Shown: piece after piece, positions 17,748-26,806 of the stretch
Layout: each line of letters opens with the position of its first letter
Position numbering within the stretch: the first letter of the stretch is position 1
From: an uncultured Clostridia bacterium
GTDB taxonomy: Bacteria; Bacillota; Clostridia; Oscillospirales; CAG-272
DNA length: 64,000 bases
Direction: 5' to 3'
NCBI GenBank assembly: GCA_944381115.1
Contig: CALWJV010000008.1
Location: forward strand, 3,612-67,611
Position numbers and translations under genes: made by a program
The notes under the pieces: generated by a model
What the model was told of the DNA's origin: nothing
What the model saw: only the letters and a program-made list of their open reading frames with translations
Databases searched by the model: none

Positions 17748-17819
17748 TCAAGCAATCCTTCTATCAAGCGTAAACCCGGTATATTTTTTCGTTAAGTTTG
17801 TAATTTCTAATGCATTCAT
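17748..17819 (-). pseudogene. 23-codon N-terminal stub of an ABC transporter ATP-binding gene (ytrB-like)
   Basis: The ATG overlaps the GntR stop (TAATG). It reads MNALEITNLTKKYTGFTLDRRIA-stop, a canonical ABC ATPase N-terminus cut off before the Walker A. Confidence 0.6.
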
Positions 17820-18193
17820 TACCGTTCCTCCAAGTTGATCTGAAACATCTCTATCAGCGCATCCTTCGTTAAATTACATGAAGAGGCCAATTGTATAATA
17901 TTCTGCATATAGTTTTCTATTTTTTTGAGATTTTCCTCTCGTAATAATTCAACATTTTTTGCAGCGACAAAGCATCCTTTAGCGGGCAGGGTATAAATAA
18001 ATCCCTCTTGTTCCAATTCGTCATATGCGCGCTTGGTTGTGATAACGCTGATTCTGAGATCCTTTGCAAGATTGCGAATAGAAGGAAGTTCCGAATCTTC
18101 TTTCAGAGATCCGTTTATAATCTGATCTTTAATTTGTCTGTAGATCTGCTCATAAATTGCAATACCACTTTTGTTGTCAATGTAGATATTCAA
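17819..18193 (-). CDS. GntR-family transcriptional regulator, YtrA subfamily (short C-terminal domain)
   Basis: 124 aa. IYEQIYRQIKDQIINGSLKEDSELPSIRNLAKDLRISVITTKRAYDELEQEGFIY is the GntR winged HTH. Confidence 0.85.
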   Translation of the reverse strand: MNIYIDNKSGIAIYEQIYRQIKDQIINGSLKEDSELPSIRNLAKDLRISVITTKRAYDELEQEGFIYTLPAKGCFVAAKNVELLREENLKKIENYMQNIIQLASSCNLTKDALIEMFQINLEER

Positions 18194-18519
18194 ACAATCA
18201 CCTCTTTTCGTGATCTGTATATATACAGTATATACAGTTAGGACGATTTTGTCAATACCTTTTTGAAAATTTTGAAAAAAAATTTGATTTTTACTTTCAA
18301 TAAAAACTTAAAGAGAAAGAGGTAGTGGTTGATGTTTCATTGTGAATGTCGGAGCCGAGGAAAATGGGCACGTAGTTTGCTGAATGAAATTACAAATCCG
18401 AAGAATTTGTAAAATAAATATTAAATATAACAATGCTTTAATTTCGATGTTTTGTACAAAATTTTTATAAAACATAAGCGGTCTGGCAAACATTTGAAAA
18501 TTATTTTTGTTTACCGTTA

Positions 18520-18548
18520 TTGACAAAAATACTTTTTTATGATATAAT
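18520..18548 (+). promoter_or_regulatory. Consensus sigma-A-type promoter for the 18576-20305 operon
   Basis: TTGACA (18520-18525), 17 nt, then TATAAT (18543-18548). Confidence 0.6.
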
Positions 18549-18575
18549 GTAAAAAAAGTTCAAGGTGTATTGATA

Positions 18576-19028
18576 ATGATGGAAAAAACTTTGCAGCAAA
18601 TTCAATTTAAAGATAGGCTTTGCCGAACGTTACTTCGTGTAAATTGGATGATTTTGATTGTGGCAATGTTGCCTGTTTTTTTGCAAATATTCATAGGTGT
18701 GACTATTATAGGTATAGTTTTTTATTTTCTGTTATTAATTTCTGTTACAATTATAAGTTTTGGACTTTTTTTGCTGAATGAGTCTTTCAGAGCACTATAT
18801 AAAATTAATCTGGACGGTTTAAAGGAAATATCGGATCAGATCGTTAAAGCATACCGTACTGTATTGCCTGTTCTTGCAGTGGCTTGTGTTATTATTTCCG
18901 CAATCACTTTTTTCATAATAATACGAAATCAGGATGAAACGCATAAAACAGGTAAAATTGTATCTTTATCATTTAATTTCATTCTTTTTTTAATAGTATC
19001 TCTTATATATTATATAAACTTGGCTTAA
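18576..19028 (+). CDS. Hypothetical polytopic membrane protein
   Basis: About 4 hydrophobic helices and no recognisable motif. ATG at 18576 lies 8 nt after AAGGTG. Confidence 0.5.
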   Translation: MMEKTLQQIQFKDRLCRTLLRVNWMILIVAMLPVFLQIFIGVTIIGIVFYFLLLISVTIISFGLFLLNESFRALYKINLDGLKEISDQIVKAYRTVLPVLAVACVIISAITFFIIIRNQDETHKTGKIVSLSFNFILFLIVSLIYYINLA

Positions 19029-19038
19029 AAGGGAAATT

Positions 19039-19533
19039 ATGAAAATTCTTTTGATAAACAGAGATGATGTTTTACTTTTTGCGGGTGAAAAAAAATTAAG
19101 AATATGGAAGGAAAACGGGAGAGAGTTTATTGATGCTCCAGTTTCATCGGATGGAAAAATTGTTCTGCGAGCAATTAAAAAAAACGAACTTTCTTATCCA
19201 AACTGGTGGTTGTATTCCGCATTTTTCTGGATTATCGGAATATTTGGGTTGTTTACTCCAAAATATTCCAAATTTGACTATGCTTTGGATTGTAATATTA
19301 CGCTGAACGTCAGTCAAATGAAGGATGTTTGGCTACGGTTTAACCATTTTGTGAATAAAAAGGCAGGTATTCCCGTAGCCGCAGTTACGGTGTCGGAAGG
19401 CACGGTTGCAGAAATAGAAAATGGCGTATACATTTATGACAAAATTTCGCACAGGCGCAGAAAATTTTATAAACTTATTTCTTGGTTCATGCGGATCGCT
19501 GTTACTATTGCGATTTTTTATATAATAATTTAA
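19039..19533 (+). CDS. Hypothetical membrane protein, 164 aa
   Basis: Two hydrophobic segments, 10 nt after the previous stop. No recognisable domain. Confidence 0.5.
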   Translation: MKILLINRDDVLLFAGEKKLRIWKENGREFIDAPVSSDGKIVLRAIKKNELSYPNWWLYSAFFWIIGIFGLFTPKYSKFDYALDCNITLNVSQMKDVWLRFNHFVNKKAGIPVAAVTVSEGTVAEIENGVYIYDKISHRRRKFYKLISWFMRIAVTIAIFYIII

Positions 19534-19552
19534 TTGATGAGGGAGAACGAAA

Positions 19553-20305
19553 ATGTTGTCAAATATTGATGGATTGGAAATTGCTTACATAGCAGTGGGA
19601 ATTTTACTCGGATTAGCAATTATTGCGGCGTTTATTGCTCAAATCGTGGTTGCGATCGGTTATTGGCGCGGAAACCGTACAAACAATTCCTTGGGACTTT
19701 CTGGTGGAGAGTATGCACGCAAACTTCTCGATCAGAACGGAATGCCTGATGTTCAGGTAAAAAAATGCGGTATTATTCGAACCATTTTATTCGGAAACCA
19801 TTACAGTATCACGAAAAAAACCGTTTATCTCCGAATGCTTACTATAAACAAACCCAGCCTTACATCCGTGGCGATGGCTGCGCAAAAAGTTGCGCTTGCA
19901 GAACAACACAAAGACGGAGATGCGAAGATGATTGTTCGCAGTCGTTTGCAGGGACTTGGGGTTTTCGCACCGTTTTTATTTGTCCCATTGGTTTTCATAG
20001 GATTCTTGATTGATATATTCGTACTTCAAACACTTCTGTTTTCTTTAATTGCAGCGGTAGTCGGGTTACTCTTTATTATTTTTGGTTTTATAGTAACGGT
20101 TTTGAATATTCCGGTTGAAAAGAATGCGATGAAGCGTGCACTGGTTTTATTGGAATCTGAGTTGACCGGGGAAGAAATAACAACAGTAAAAAAAATCTTC
20201 CGTAGCTATATGGTGGAATACATATTACAATTCATCATTGCTATATTGCGCATTATCCAACTCATACTGAAAATTTTGATAAGTGCTCGAAACTTGAAAA
20301 AATAA
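19553..20305 (+). CDS. YugP-family (Zn_peptidase_2) membrane protein homolog lacking the HExxH zinc site
   Basis: GLSGGEYARKLLDQNGMPDVQV..GNHYSITKKTVYL..SLTSVAMAAQKVALAEQH..IPVEKNAMKRA aligns from memory to B. subtilis YugP (..SVAAHEVGHAVQH..LPVEFNASSRA). HEVGH is replaced by QKVAL. Confidence 0.65.
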   Translation: MLSNIDGLEIAYIAVGILLGLAIIAAFIAQIVVAIGYWRGNRTNNSLGLSGGEYARKLLDQNGMPDVQVKKCGIIRTILFGNHYSITKKTVYLRMLTINKPSLTSVAMAAQKVALAEQHKDGDAKMIVRSRLQGLGVFAPFLFVPLVFIGFLIDIFVLQTLLFSLIAAVVGLLFIIFGFIVTVLNIPVEKNAMKRALVLLESELTGEEITTVKKIFRSYMVEYILQFIIAILRIIQLILKILISARNLKK

Positions 20306-20323
20306 ATAGTTTATAGCAATGAA

Positions 20324-20370
20324 AATAGAGCAATAAAATTTGAAAAAAATTTTATTGCTCTATTGACTTT
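20324..20370 (+). terminator. Terminator of the membrane-protein operon
   Basis: Perfect 16-bp stem: AATAGAGCAATAAAAT (20324-20339) pairs with ATTTTATTGCTCTATT (20349-20364). Confidence 0.7.
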
Positions 20371-20934
20371 AAAAAAAGTTGTGATATAGTACAGTTTAAT
20401 CAGAAATTCGAGAGAATGTTGAAGTGGACATCAGCGGGACGTGAACTGTTGACGGCGACAAGTTTACACTTGTAACAGACATTGAAACAACATATGAGAC
20501 AACGATACCAGAAAAAGTTTATCATTGATTTTTTTGTAGGAGCACCTGTCCATTTTTAATTGAACAGTATTATTAATAACGAGAGATTTTTTCAAAAAAT
20601 AAGCCTTTACGGGCTTATTTTTTTTATTTTTCTTTCGTCTGAGGACTTGAACTGCCGAATATTTTTTATTTTGTTCGGTACTTTGAAAAAGCGCAAATCA
20701 AATATGCCGTGAAAGAAATTTTTCCCAAAATATAAAATACTATTGAATTAAGAATAGAGATATGATATAATTTTTGTAACGCATACATACTGATTCAACA
20801 ACACAAAAGACAGTAAAAATTTAGTTTGAAGGCAAAACGTTGCTGTTTTTAAAATTGCAACTTACGGTTGACATGTAGTTGGTAGACTGCAACCAAAACA
20901 TCTGGTACAATATAAGAACAAGGAGGTGTTTTAT

Positions 20935-21576
20935 ATGAGTTTGGGAGAAAATATTAAAAACAGGCGAGAGGAGTTAAAACTGTCACAGGAATATGTGGCG
21001 GAACAGCTTGGCGTCAGCAGACAGGCAGTATCAAAGTGGGAAACAGATCATTCAGAGCCGACAGCAAATAATCTTATCCGGTTGTCAGAAGTGTTTGAAA
21101 TAAATCTATCGCAACTTGTTGATCCGCATAGGGATGAAAAAAAACAATCGGACTTTGAAAAAGAACAGGATATAAAAAAGCCCAACCTTATTCTTCGGGC
21201 GAACCTAATAAAGATTGCAATTATCGCACAAGCATCATTTATGTCAAGTTGTACATCGGTAATTTATCAGTTTCAAAAACCGGATGTTCCTAATAATGAT
21301 CTTTATCTTTACCGTGGTGCACTTGTTTTTTCGTTTATAATGCTTTTACTCAGTTCCGTATGGATGGCTGCGAACCACCGCTATGAACTTGATAAAATCC
21401 GACGCCGGAAAAATGCAAGCATTGAGTTGGCCTATTGTTGCATTCAGCTTATGGTTAGCATGTTGACAATATATTTTGGTATGGGGCTTGTTGGAGCAGT
21501 CATTATGATTGCAGTTTGCAGTGTCTATATCCTATACATTAATCCTAAATTTATGTCCCGTAAGTTGACAAAGTAA
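20935..21576 (+). CDS. XRE-family HTH regulator fused to a C-terminal multi-pass membrane domain
   Basis: MSLGENIKNRREELKLSQEYVAEQLGVSRQAVSKWETDHSEPTANNLIRLSEVF followed by 3-4 hydrophobic helices. ATG at 20935 lies 8 nt after AGGAGG. Confidence 0.8.
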   Translation: MSLGENIKNRREELKLSQEYVAEQLGVSRQAVSKWETDHSEPTANNLIRLSEVFEINLSQLVDPHRDEKKQSDFEKEQDIKKPNLILRANLIKIAIIAQASFMSSCTSVIYQFQKPDVPNNDLYLYRGALVFSFIMLLLSSVWMAANHRYELDKIRRRKNASIELAYCCIQLMVSMLTIYFGMGLVGAVIMIAVCSVYILYINPKFMSRKLTK

Positions 21577-21930
21577 AATAATATAGAATTTTTATGAGCA
21601 TTTGTATATAAATGGGTTACTGATAACATGATCATCACCAAATTTTAATACCGAGCATGGACTGTACTGAACTGCGGGAAATTTCTAAGAAATTTAAAAA
21701 AGCCCAAGAGGGCTTTTTATTTTTGAATTTCAGCCGACTGCGGCAAGCAATAATATTACAAGCAATAATATTATAAACATAATAATTATAAAAATAAAAG
21801 ACTCACAATAGAGGATTTTTAATATCCTTGCCAAATGCGAGTCATTTTTTATATTATACCGAATGTTGAATAAGATGATATTAAATAATGTCTAAAATAA
21901 ATAAGTGCCGGTGCTCTTTACTATTAATGA

Positions 21931-22431
21931 TTAAAGGTCAGGCATAAGTTGTTTTTTGCTGTGACTGTCAAGTTTTTTGTAGTCTGTTATTACATAGCGG
22001 TTATCGTCAGAGTCACGTATACGTACTCTGCCGTCTGAGTATACTTTAATGTCATGGTTTCTGTTGCGAATATCAAAGTATTTTATTCCCCTGTCGGTGT
22101 CAACGCACCAATGAAGAGTGCCGTATTTTTCACTTGTGGATATAATTTTTGTAATATGAGGAACAAGATAATAGTCATTAAGACTGTAAGAAATCACATC
22201 ATAAGATTGTTTTGAAATGTCTTTCAGGTTATGGATTATAGCGATCTCTTTACCGTCAGTATCAAGAAGAGTTATATATTCTGATGCTTTGCTTACCGGA
22301 AACAGTCTGCGCGGTTCGAGTTTTTCAAAAAGCGTACCGTCTTTTAATTTCAGATTGACTAGGTTGTTTTCATAAACGGTAATTTCATCTTCAACCGTTA
22401 CGTATATACGGTTAGTTTCTTTTTTGCTCAT
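21931..22431 (-). CDS. DUF1854-like protein, 166 aa
   Basis: LEPRRLFPVS...YITLLDTDGKEIAII..L...HWCVDTDRG..F..DSDDNRYVITDYKKLD matches my recollection of the DUF1854 pattern. The start overlaps the ABC gene stop by 4 nt. Confidence 0.55.
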   Translation of the reverse strand: MSKKETNRIYVTVEDEITVYENNLVNLKLKDGTLFEKLEPRRLFPVSKASEYITLLDTDGKEIAIIHNLKDISKQSYDVISYSLNDYYLVPHITKIISTSEKYGTLHWCVDTDRGIKYFDIRNRNHDIKVYSDGRVRIRDSDDNRYVITDYKKLDSHSKKQLMPDL

Positions 22432-24743
22432 AATCTTTCTTCCTCTCTCATTTTCTCAGCATTTGCAGTCATTGACTGTATTTGTACCAGTTTATAATAT
22501 TTGCCTTGGAGAGCCATAAGTTCTTCAGGGGAACCGTTTTCAATTATTTTACCGTTGTCTACAACTATAATACGGTTTGCTTTACGTAGTGTTGAAAGGC
22601 GGTGAGCGATCATGAGGGTTGTTTTTCCGGCAATAAGTTTGTCTATAGCATCTTGAATCAGGTGTTCGGTTTCAGAGTCAACAGCAGCAGTCGCTTCATC
22701 GAAAATAAGAATAGACGGTGATTTAAGAACTGCTCTGGCAATTGAAAGGCGCTGTTTTTCTCCGCCGGAAACTCCGACGCCTCTTTCACCGAGCATAGTA
22801 TCATAAGCATCAGGCTGACGTGCGATGAACCCATGAGCATTTGCAACGTCGGCCGCATGAATTACATCTTCAACTGATGCTTCAGGGTTACTGTAAGCAA
22901 TGTTGTTGAAGATAGTATCACTGAACATCATAGGTTCTTGTTGAACGTATCCTATTTGTGCACGGTAAGCAGAAAGATCAAAGTTTTTTATATTATGACC
23001 GTCAACCAAAATTTCTCCGGAGTACCCTTCATAGAAACGCATGAGCAGATTTACAAGAGTGGACTTACCTGAGCCAGTTGTACCGACTATACCTACAACT
23101 TCGCCCGGATTTATGGTAAGAGTTATGTCGTCAAGAACTTTTTTTGTTCTGTCGAAAGAAAACCCTACGTGCAGAAATTCAATTTTACCGTCAAGTTTAT
23201 CCGGGACAACGTGAAACTCTGCCTGAGTTTCGGGTTCCGCTTCCAATATATCGAGGATTTTTTCTGTGGAAGCGAGTGCGCCTTGGAAAGAGTCAGAGAG
23301 GTTGGCAAAGAAGGTTACCGGGTTGTAGAACATAGATGCATAAGAAATGAATGAAACGACAAGGCCTGCGGAGTATCCGCTTGCACCGGAAATAACTTTA
23401 CTTCCGCCTATTGCCCAGATGATAAGAGATCCGCATGTTACCATAAATGAGATTATCTGAGGGAATGCGGTTGCAAGTTTACCGATCTTCAGATCCATTT
23501 GAAGCCAATCGTCGTTTTTATTTTGAAATTTATCAGCGGAACGTTTTTCACCTGTGAATGATTTGACCACTTTTATGCACGGTATGGTATCAGCGAGCGT
23601 TGCAAAAACGGATGACCAACGTCTCCAGATCCTTCTGTAATAAGGTCTGATTTTAAGAGAAAATATTCTGGTTGCGATTACAATGAAAATTACCGGTATA
23701 AGAGAAAACAGAGTAAGCGAAGGGTTAAGTGCAAGCATAATGAAGATTATTCCGACAAGTTGGAATGCATGCACAACGGCTTCTTGAGTTATTCTGAGAA
23801 CGAATTGCTGTAATGTTGCCGAGTCGCCGGCAATACGGTTTATAACGGACCCGGTCGAAGTTTTGTCGTAAAACTTCATCGGCAGGTACTGTGCTTTGAG
23901 ATATATATCGGTACGGAGGGCGGCAACTGCTTTGTCACCGACAGTACGCATAAGATAAGCCCTTATTATGCCTATGCCATACTGAAAAATGTATGTGGCG
24001 AGAAGAAGTGAGATCATCGTCAGCAGAAGTTTGCCGGAATCGCTTCCTATGTATGCGGCAATATCATTGAGTATTTTGACGTTTGAAACACCGTTACCCC
24101 CGGGGAAAACAACGTCGACGATAAATCCCGTAATGGTAGGTGGGATAAGCGACATGGCAGTCGTTATAAGAGAGAGGATTATACAGACGATGATAATTTT
24201 CATCTGAGGTCTGACATATTTTGACAACTGCTTTACTATCTTCATTTTTGAGCGGCACATAATGCACTCTGCACCGGGGTGCAGAAGAGTGCGTCCGCAC
24301 TTTGGGCAAATGCTCAGTGCTCTTTCGAAAGTGACCGTCATGACGGCTATCTCTTCGTTCATATCGGCGCCTTCATTGATATGTTCTATGAACAGCGCTG
24401 CGGCGTCGCACAGAGCTGCAACTGCGTATGTATATCTGAAGAAAATTTCGCGTTTACCGTTTGGCATAACGGCTGAAAGAGTAGCATTTCCGTACATTCT
24501 TTTTGATTGAACATCTTTCATATCACTGTACGGAATGGTTTTTGCCTGATTGTCGGCAACGTCAAAAATTGTTACAGATGTTTTGGTAAAGATTAGAGCG
24601 GTTTCGGAGTATTTGCCTTTTAAAGAAAGATCACCGACTATTACGAAGAGAATATGTTGGCCGTCAGAGGTCATTTTTTCAACAATCGGTTCTGCCGCTT
24701 TCGGCAAAGGTTTATTTTTCAGAATAAACTGACTGCTGTCCAT
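22428..24743 (-). CDS. Fused ABC exporter (TMD-NBD, type I/MsbA-like) with a ~170-aa N-terminal cytoplasmic extension containing a zinc ribbon
   Basis: Walker A GTTGSGKST, signature VSGGEKQRLSIAR, Walker B ILIFDEATAAVD, six TM helices. N-terminal CPKCGRTLLHPGAECIMCRS. Confidence 0.85.
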   Translation of the reverse strand: MDSSQFILKNKPLPKAAEPIVEKMTSDGQHILFVIVGDLSLKGKYSETALIFTKTSVTIFDVADNQAKTIPYSDMKDVQSKRMYGNATLSAVMPNGKREIFFRYTYAVAALCDAAALFIEHINEGADMNEEIAVMTVTFERALSICPKCGRTLLHPGAECIMCRSKMKIVKQLSKYVRPQMKIIIVCIILSLITTAMSLIPPTITGFIVDVVFPGGNGVSNVKILNDIAAYIGSDSGKLLLTMISLLLATYIFQYGIGIIRAYLMRTVGDKAVAALRTDIYLKAQYLPMKFYDKTSTGSVINRIAGDSATLQQFVLRITQEAVVHAFQLVGIIFIMLALNPSLTLFSLIPVIFIVIATRIFSLKIRPYYRRIWRRWSSVFATLADTIPCIKVVKSFTGEKRSADKFQNKNDDWLQMDLKIGKLATAFPQIISFMVTCGSLIIWAIGGSKVISGASGYSAGLVVSFISYASMFYNPVTFFANLSDSFQGALASTEKILDILEAEPETQAEFHVVPDKLDGKIEFLHVGFSFDRTKKVLDDITLTINPGEVVGIVGTTGSGKSTLVNLLMRFYEGYSGEILVDGHNIKNFDLSAYRAQIGYVQQEPMMFSDTIFNNIAYSNPEASVEDVIHAADVANAHGFIARQPDAYDTMLGERGVGVSGGEKQRLSIARAVLKSPSILIFDEATAAVDSETEHLIQDAIDKLIAGKTTLMIAHRLSTLRKANRIIVVDNGKIIENGSPEELMALQGKYYKLVQIQSMTANAEKMREEERL

Positions 24744-24854
24744 TTTGTCACCTTACCCTTCCTTTTATCTGCATGGTAAAATGCAGAATTTTTTCAAACA
24801 TTTAATAAATTTTTTAGTTTTTTTATAATAATACCATAACGTAAATAAAAAAGC

Positions 24855-24872
24855 AAAAAAAAAAAAAAAAAA
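24855..24872. repeat. A18 homopolymer in the divergent intergenic region
   Basis: Counted directly: 18 consecutive A, about 110 nt upstream of the ABC exporter start on the opposite strand. Confidence 0.9.
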
Positions 24873-25375
24873 GTTATTTTTATTATTTTTGCACAAATAA
24901 TATAAGCAAATTGCACATAAAAAATTAATTTTAAAATTATGTAAAGCATAATTTTGTGATATTATGGTTTTCAAAGTGGTTTACAATTTTTTGTAAGAGG
25001 ACGTAAAATTTCAAAATATAAATATAATCAATGCAAAAATAAGTGTAAAATCCGTTGCGAAGAATGGTGCAGATATAGAAGAAAAGGATAATAAAGCAGA
25101 AAATATAATTTTTCAGAATATAGTAATAGACGGGAAAAATATATAATCCGGGTATTTTTAAATAACAGGGTACACAAAAATTTATTTTAAACATTAAATC
25201 TGCATAAATCCGAAGTATTATCAACACTCATTTTAAGTATTTAATTTTTCTTCAGAGAAAAATGTTAACATAAATAAATTCAAGGAATATTAAAACAAAA
25301 TTTTCTGTATTTATTTTATTAAATTATCCATAATAATTGTATGTTTAATCAAATTTGCAGATTAAAGGAGATTTT

Positions 25376-26767
25376 ATGGATAATATACCGAATGTGAGTC
25401 CGTTCGGTTGGCGTGACAAGATCGGATATATGATAGGAAATGCCGCCAATGACTTTACGTTTGTTTTTGCTGCGCTTTTTTTGCAGGTGTTTTATACAGA
25501 TGTACTTAAAATCAATACAGCAATTGTCGGAACAATGTTTTTGCTTTCACGTGTGATAGATGCAGTTACTGATACTGTTATGGGAAGGATCGCAGACAAA
25601 ACAAAAATGAGGAAGGGGGGTAAATTTAAACAGTGGCTGCTTTGGATAAGCGGACCTGTTGCAATTTCTTCATTTTTAATGTATCAGTCTTCGGTTGCCG
25701 ATGCACCTATGGCATTGAAAATAGTGTATATGTTTACGACATACATTTTTTGGGGCAGCATATGCTATACGGCAATTAATATTCCGTACGGATCAATGGC
25801 ATCTGTTATAAGTAGTGAAGCGGACCATCGTTCTTCACTTTCTGCATTTCGCGGTATAGGTTCAATTTTGCCCCAAATATTTATCGGAATTTTAATGCCT
25901 TTATTTCTTTATACTACTTCGCCGGACGGAAGGCGTATAGTTAACGCTCAGGCATTTCCGATAGCCGCAGGACTTCTTTCATTAGCCGCAGCGGCAGGAT
26001 ATATAATCTGCTACTTTATGTGTACGGAGCGTCTGAAACCGGAGGAAAACAGGAAAAAAGTTTCTTTGAAAGAAACTGTTAAAATGCTTTTTAAAAGTCG
26101 AGCATTAATCGCAATTTGTGCAGTATATATCTGTTTTCTTGGTGCACAGATGCTAAATCAAACTATAAATAATTATATATTTAAAGACTATTTTTCAAAT
26201 ACGCTCGGACTTACGGTTATGAACGCTGCCGGATTTATCCCTATGCTTGTACTTTCTCCGCTTGCCGTACCTATTTCAAAAAATATTGGTAAAAAAGAAT
26301 TCGGTGTTTTTGCTTCATTTGTAGGCGCAGCGGCTTTTGCCTTATTATTTGTTATAAAAACAACAAACATGTGGATCTATATTTTGTTTAACGTTATAGG
26401 ACTTATGGGATTTGGTATTTTTAACCTTATTATTTGGGCGTTCATAGGAGATGTCATTGACGACTGCAAACTGTCTTTCGGGCAGCGTGATGATGGGACG
26501 ATATATGCTGTTTGCTCTTTTTCGAGGAAAGTCGGTCAGGCTATTGCAAGCGGTATCGGAGGATGGTCGTTAGCATGGATCGGATATTCCGAAGGTGCGA
26601 TCTCAGGTCAAACGGAGGCGGTCAAAAACGGAATATACAGCATTGCAACGGCGGTACCAACAGTGTTGTACTTTACCGTCGGACTTTTGTTGTTGTTTGT
26701 GTATCCGTTAAGCAAAAATAAAGTAATTGCAAATATTTCGGCACTTAAGGCAAAGAAACCCGACTAA
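25376..26767 (+). CDS. Glycoside-pentoside-hexuronide (GPH):cation symporter family transporter
   Basis: 12-TM MFS-like protein. The N-terminus GWRDKIGYMIGNAANDFTFVF..LFLQVFYTDVL...SRVIDAVTDTVMGRIADKT is the GPH signature. AAAGGAG RBS. Confidence 0.85.
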   Translation: MDNIPNVSPFGWRDKIGYMIGNAANDFTFVFAALFLQVFYTDVLKINTAIVGTMFLLSRVIDAVTDTVMGRIADKTKMRKGGKFKQWLLWISGPVAISSFLMYQSSVADAPMALKIVYMFTTYIFWGSICYTAINIPYGSMASVISSEADHRSSLSAFRGIGSILPQIFIGILMPLFLYTTSPDGRRIVNAQAFPIAAGLLSLAAAAGYIICYFMCTERLKPEENRKKVSLKETVKMLFKSRALIAICAVYICFLGAQMLNQTINNYIFKDYFSNTLGLTVMNAAGFIPMLVLSPLAVPISKNIGKKEFGVFASFVGAAAFALLFVIKTTNMWIYILFNVIGLMGFGIFNLIIWAFIGDVIDDCKLSFGQRDDGTIYAVCSFSRKVGQAIASGIGGWSLAWIGYSEGAISGQTEAVKNGIYSIATAVPTVLYFTVGLLLLFVYPLSKNKVIANISALKAKKPD

Positions 26768-26806
26768 AGACATCACGCAGATTTACAATTTCCAAAGGAG
26801 ATAAAA

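Noticed and set aside
20400-20528. Short frame SEIRENVEVDISGT-TGA-TVDGDKFTLVTDIETTYETTIPEKVYH-stop. The in-frame TGA sits where a Trp (SGTWTVDG) would fit, hinting at TGA=Trp recoding.
   Set aside because: TGA is clearly used as a stop elsewhere (for example murE). The fragment has no start codon or RBS and is only about 42 codons, followed by its own terminator (about 20611-20635). The simplest reading is the 3' remnant of a dead gene with a TGG-to-TGA mutation.
24765-25227. 69-aa and 96-aa minus-strand ORFs in the AT-rich intergenic region.
   Set aside because: They have extreme low-complexity Phe/Ile/Lys/Tyr/Asn composition, cross the A18 tract, and lack an RBS. They are artefacts of AT-rich DNA.
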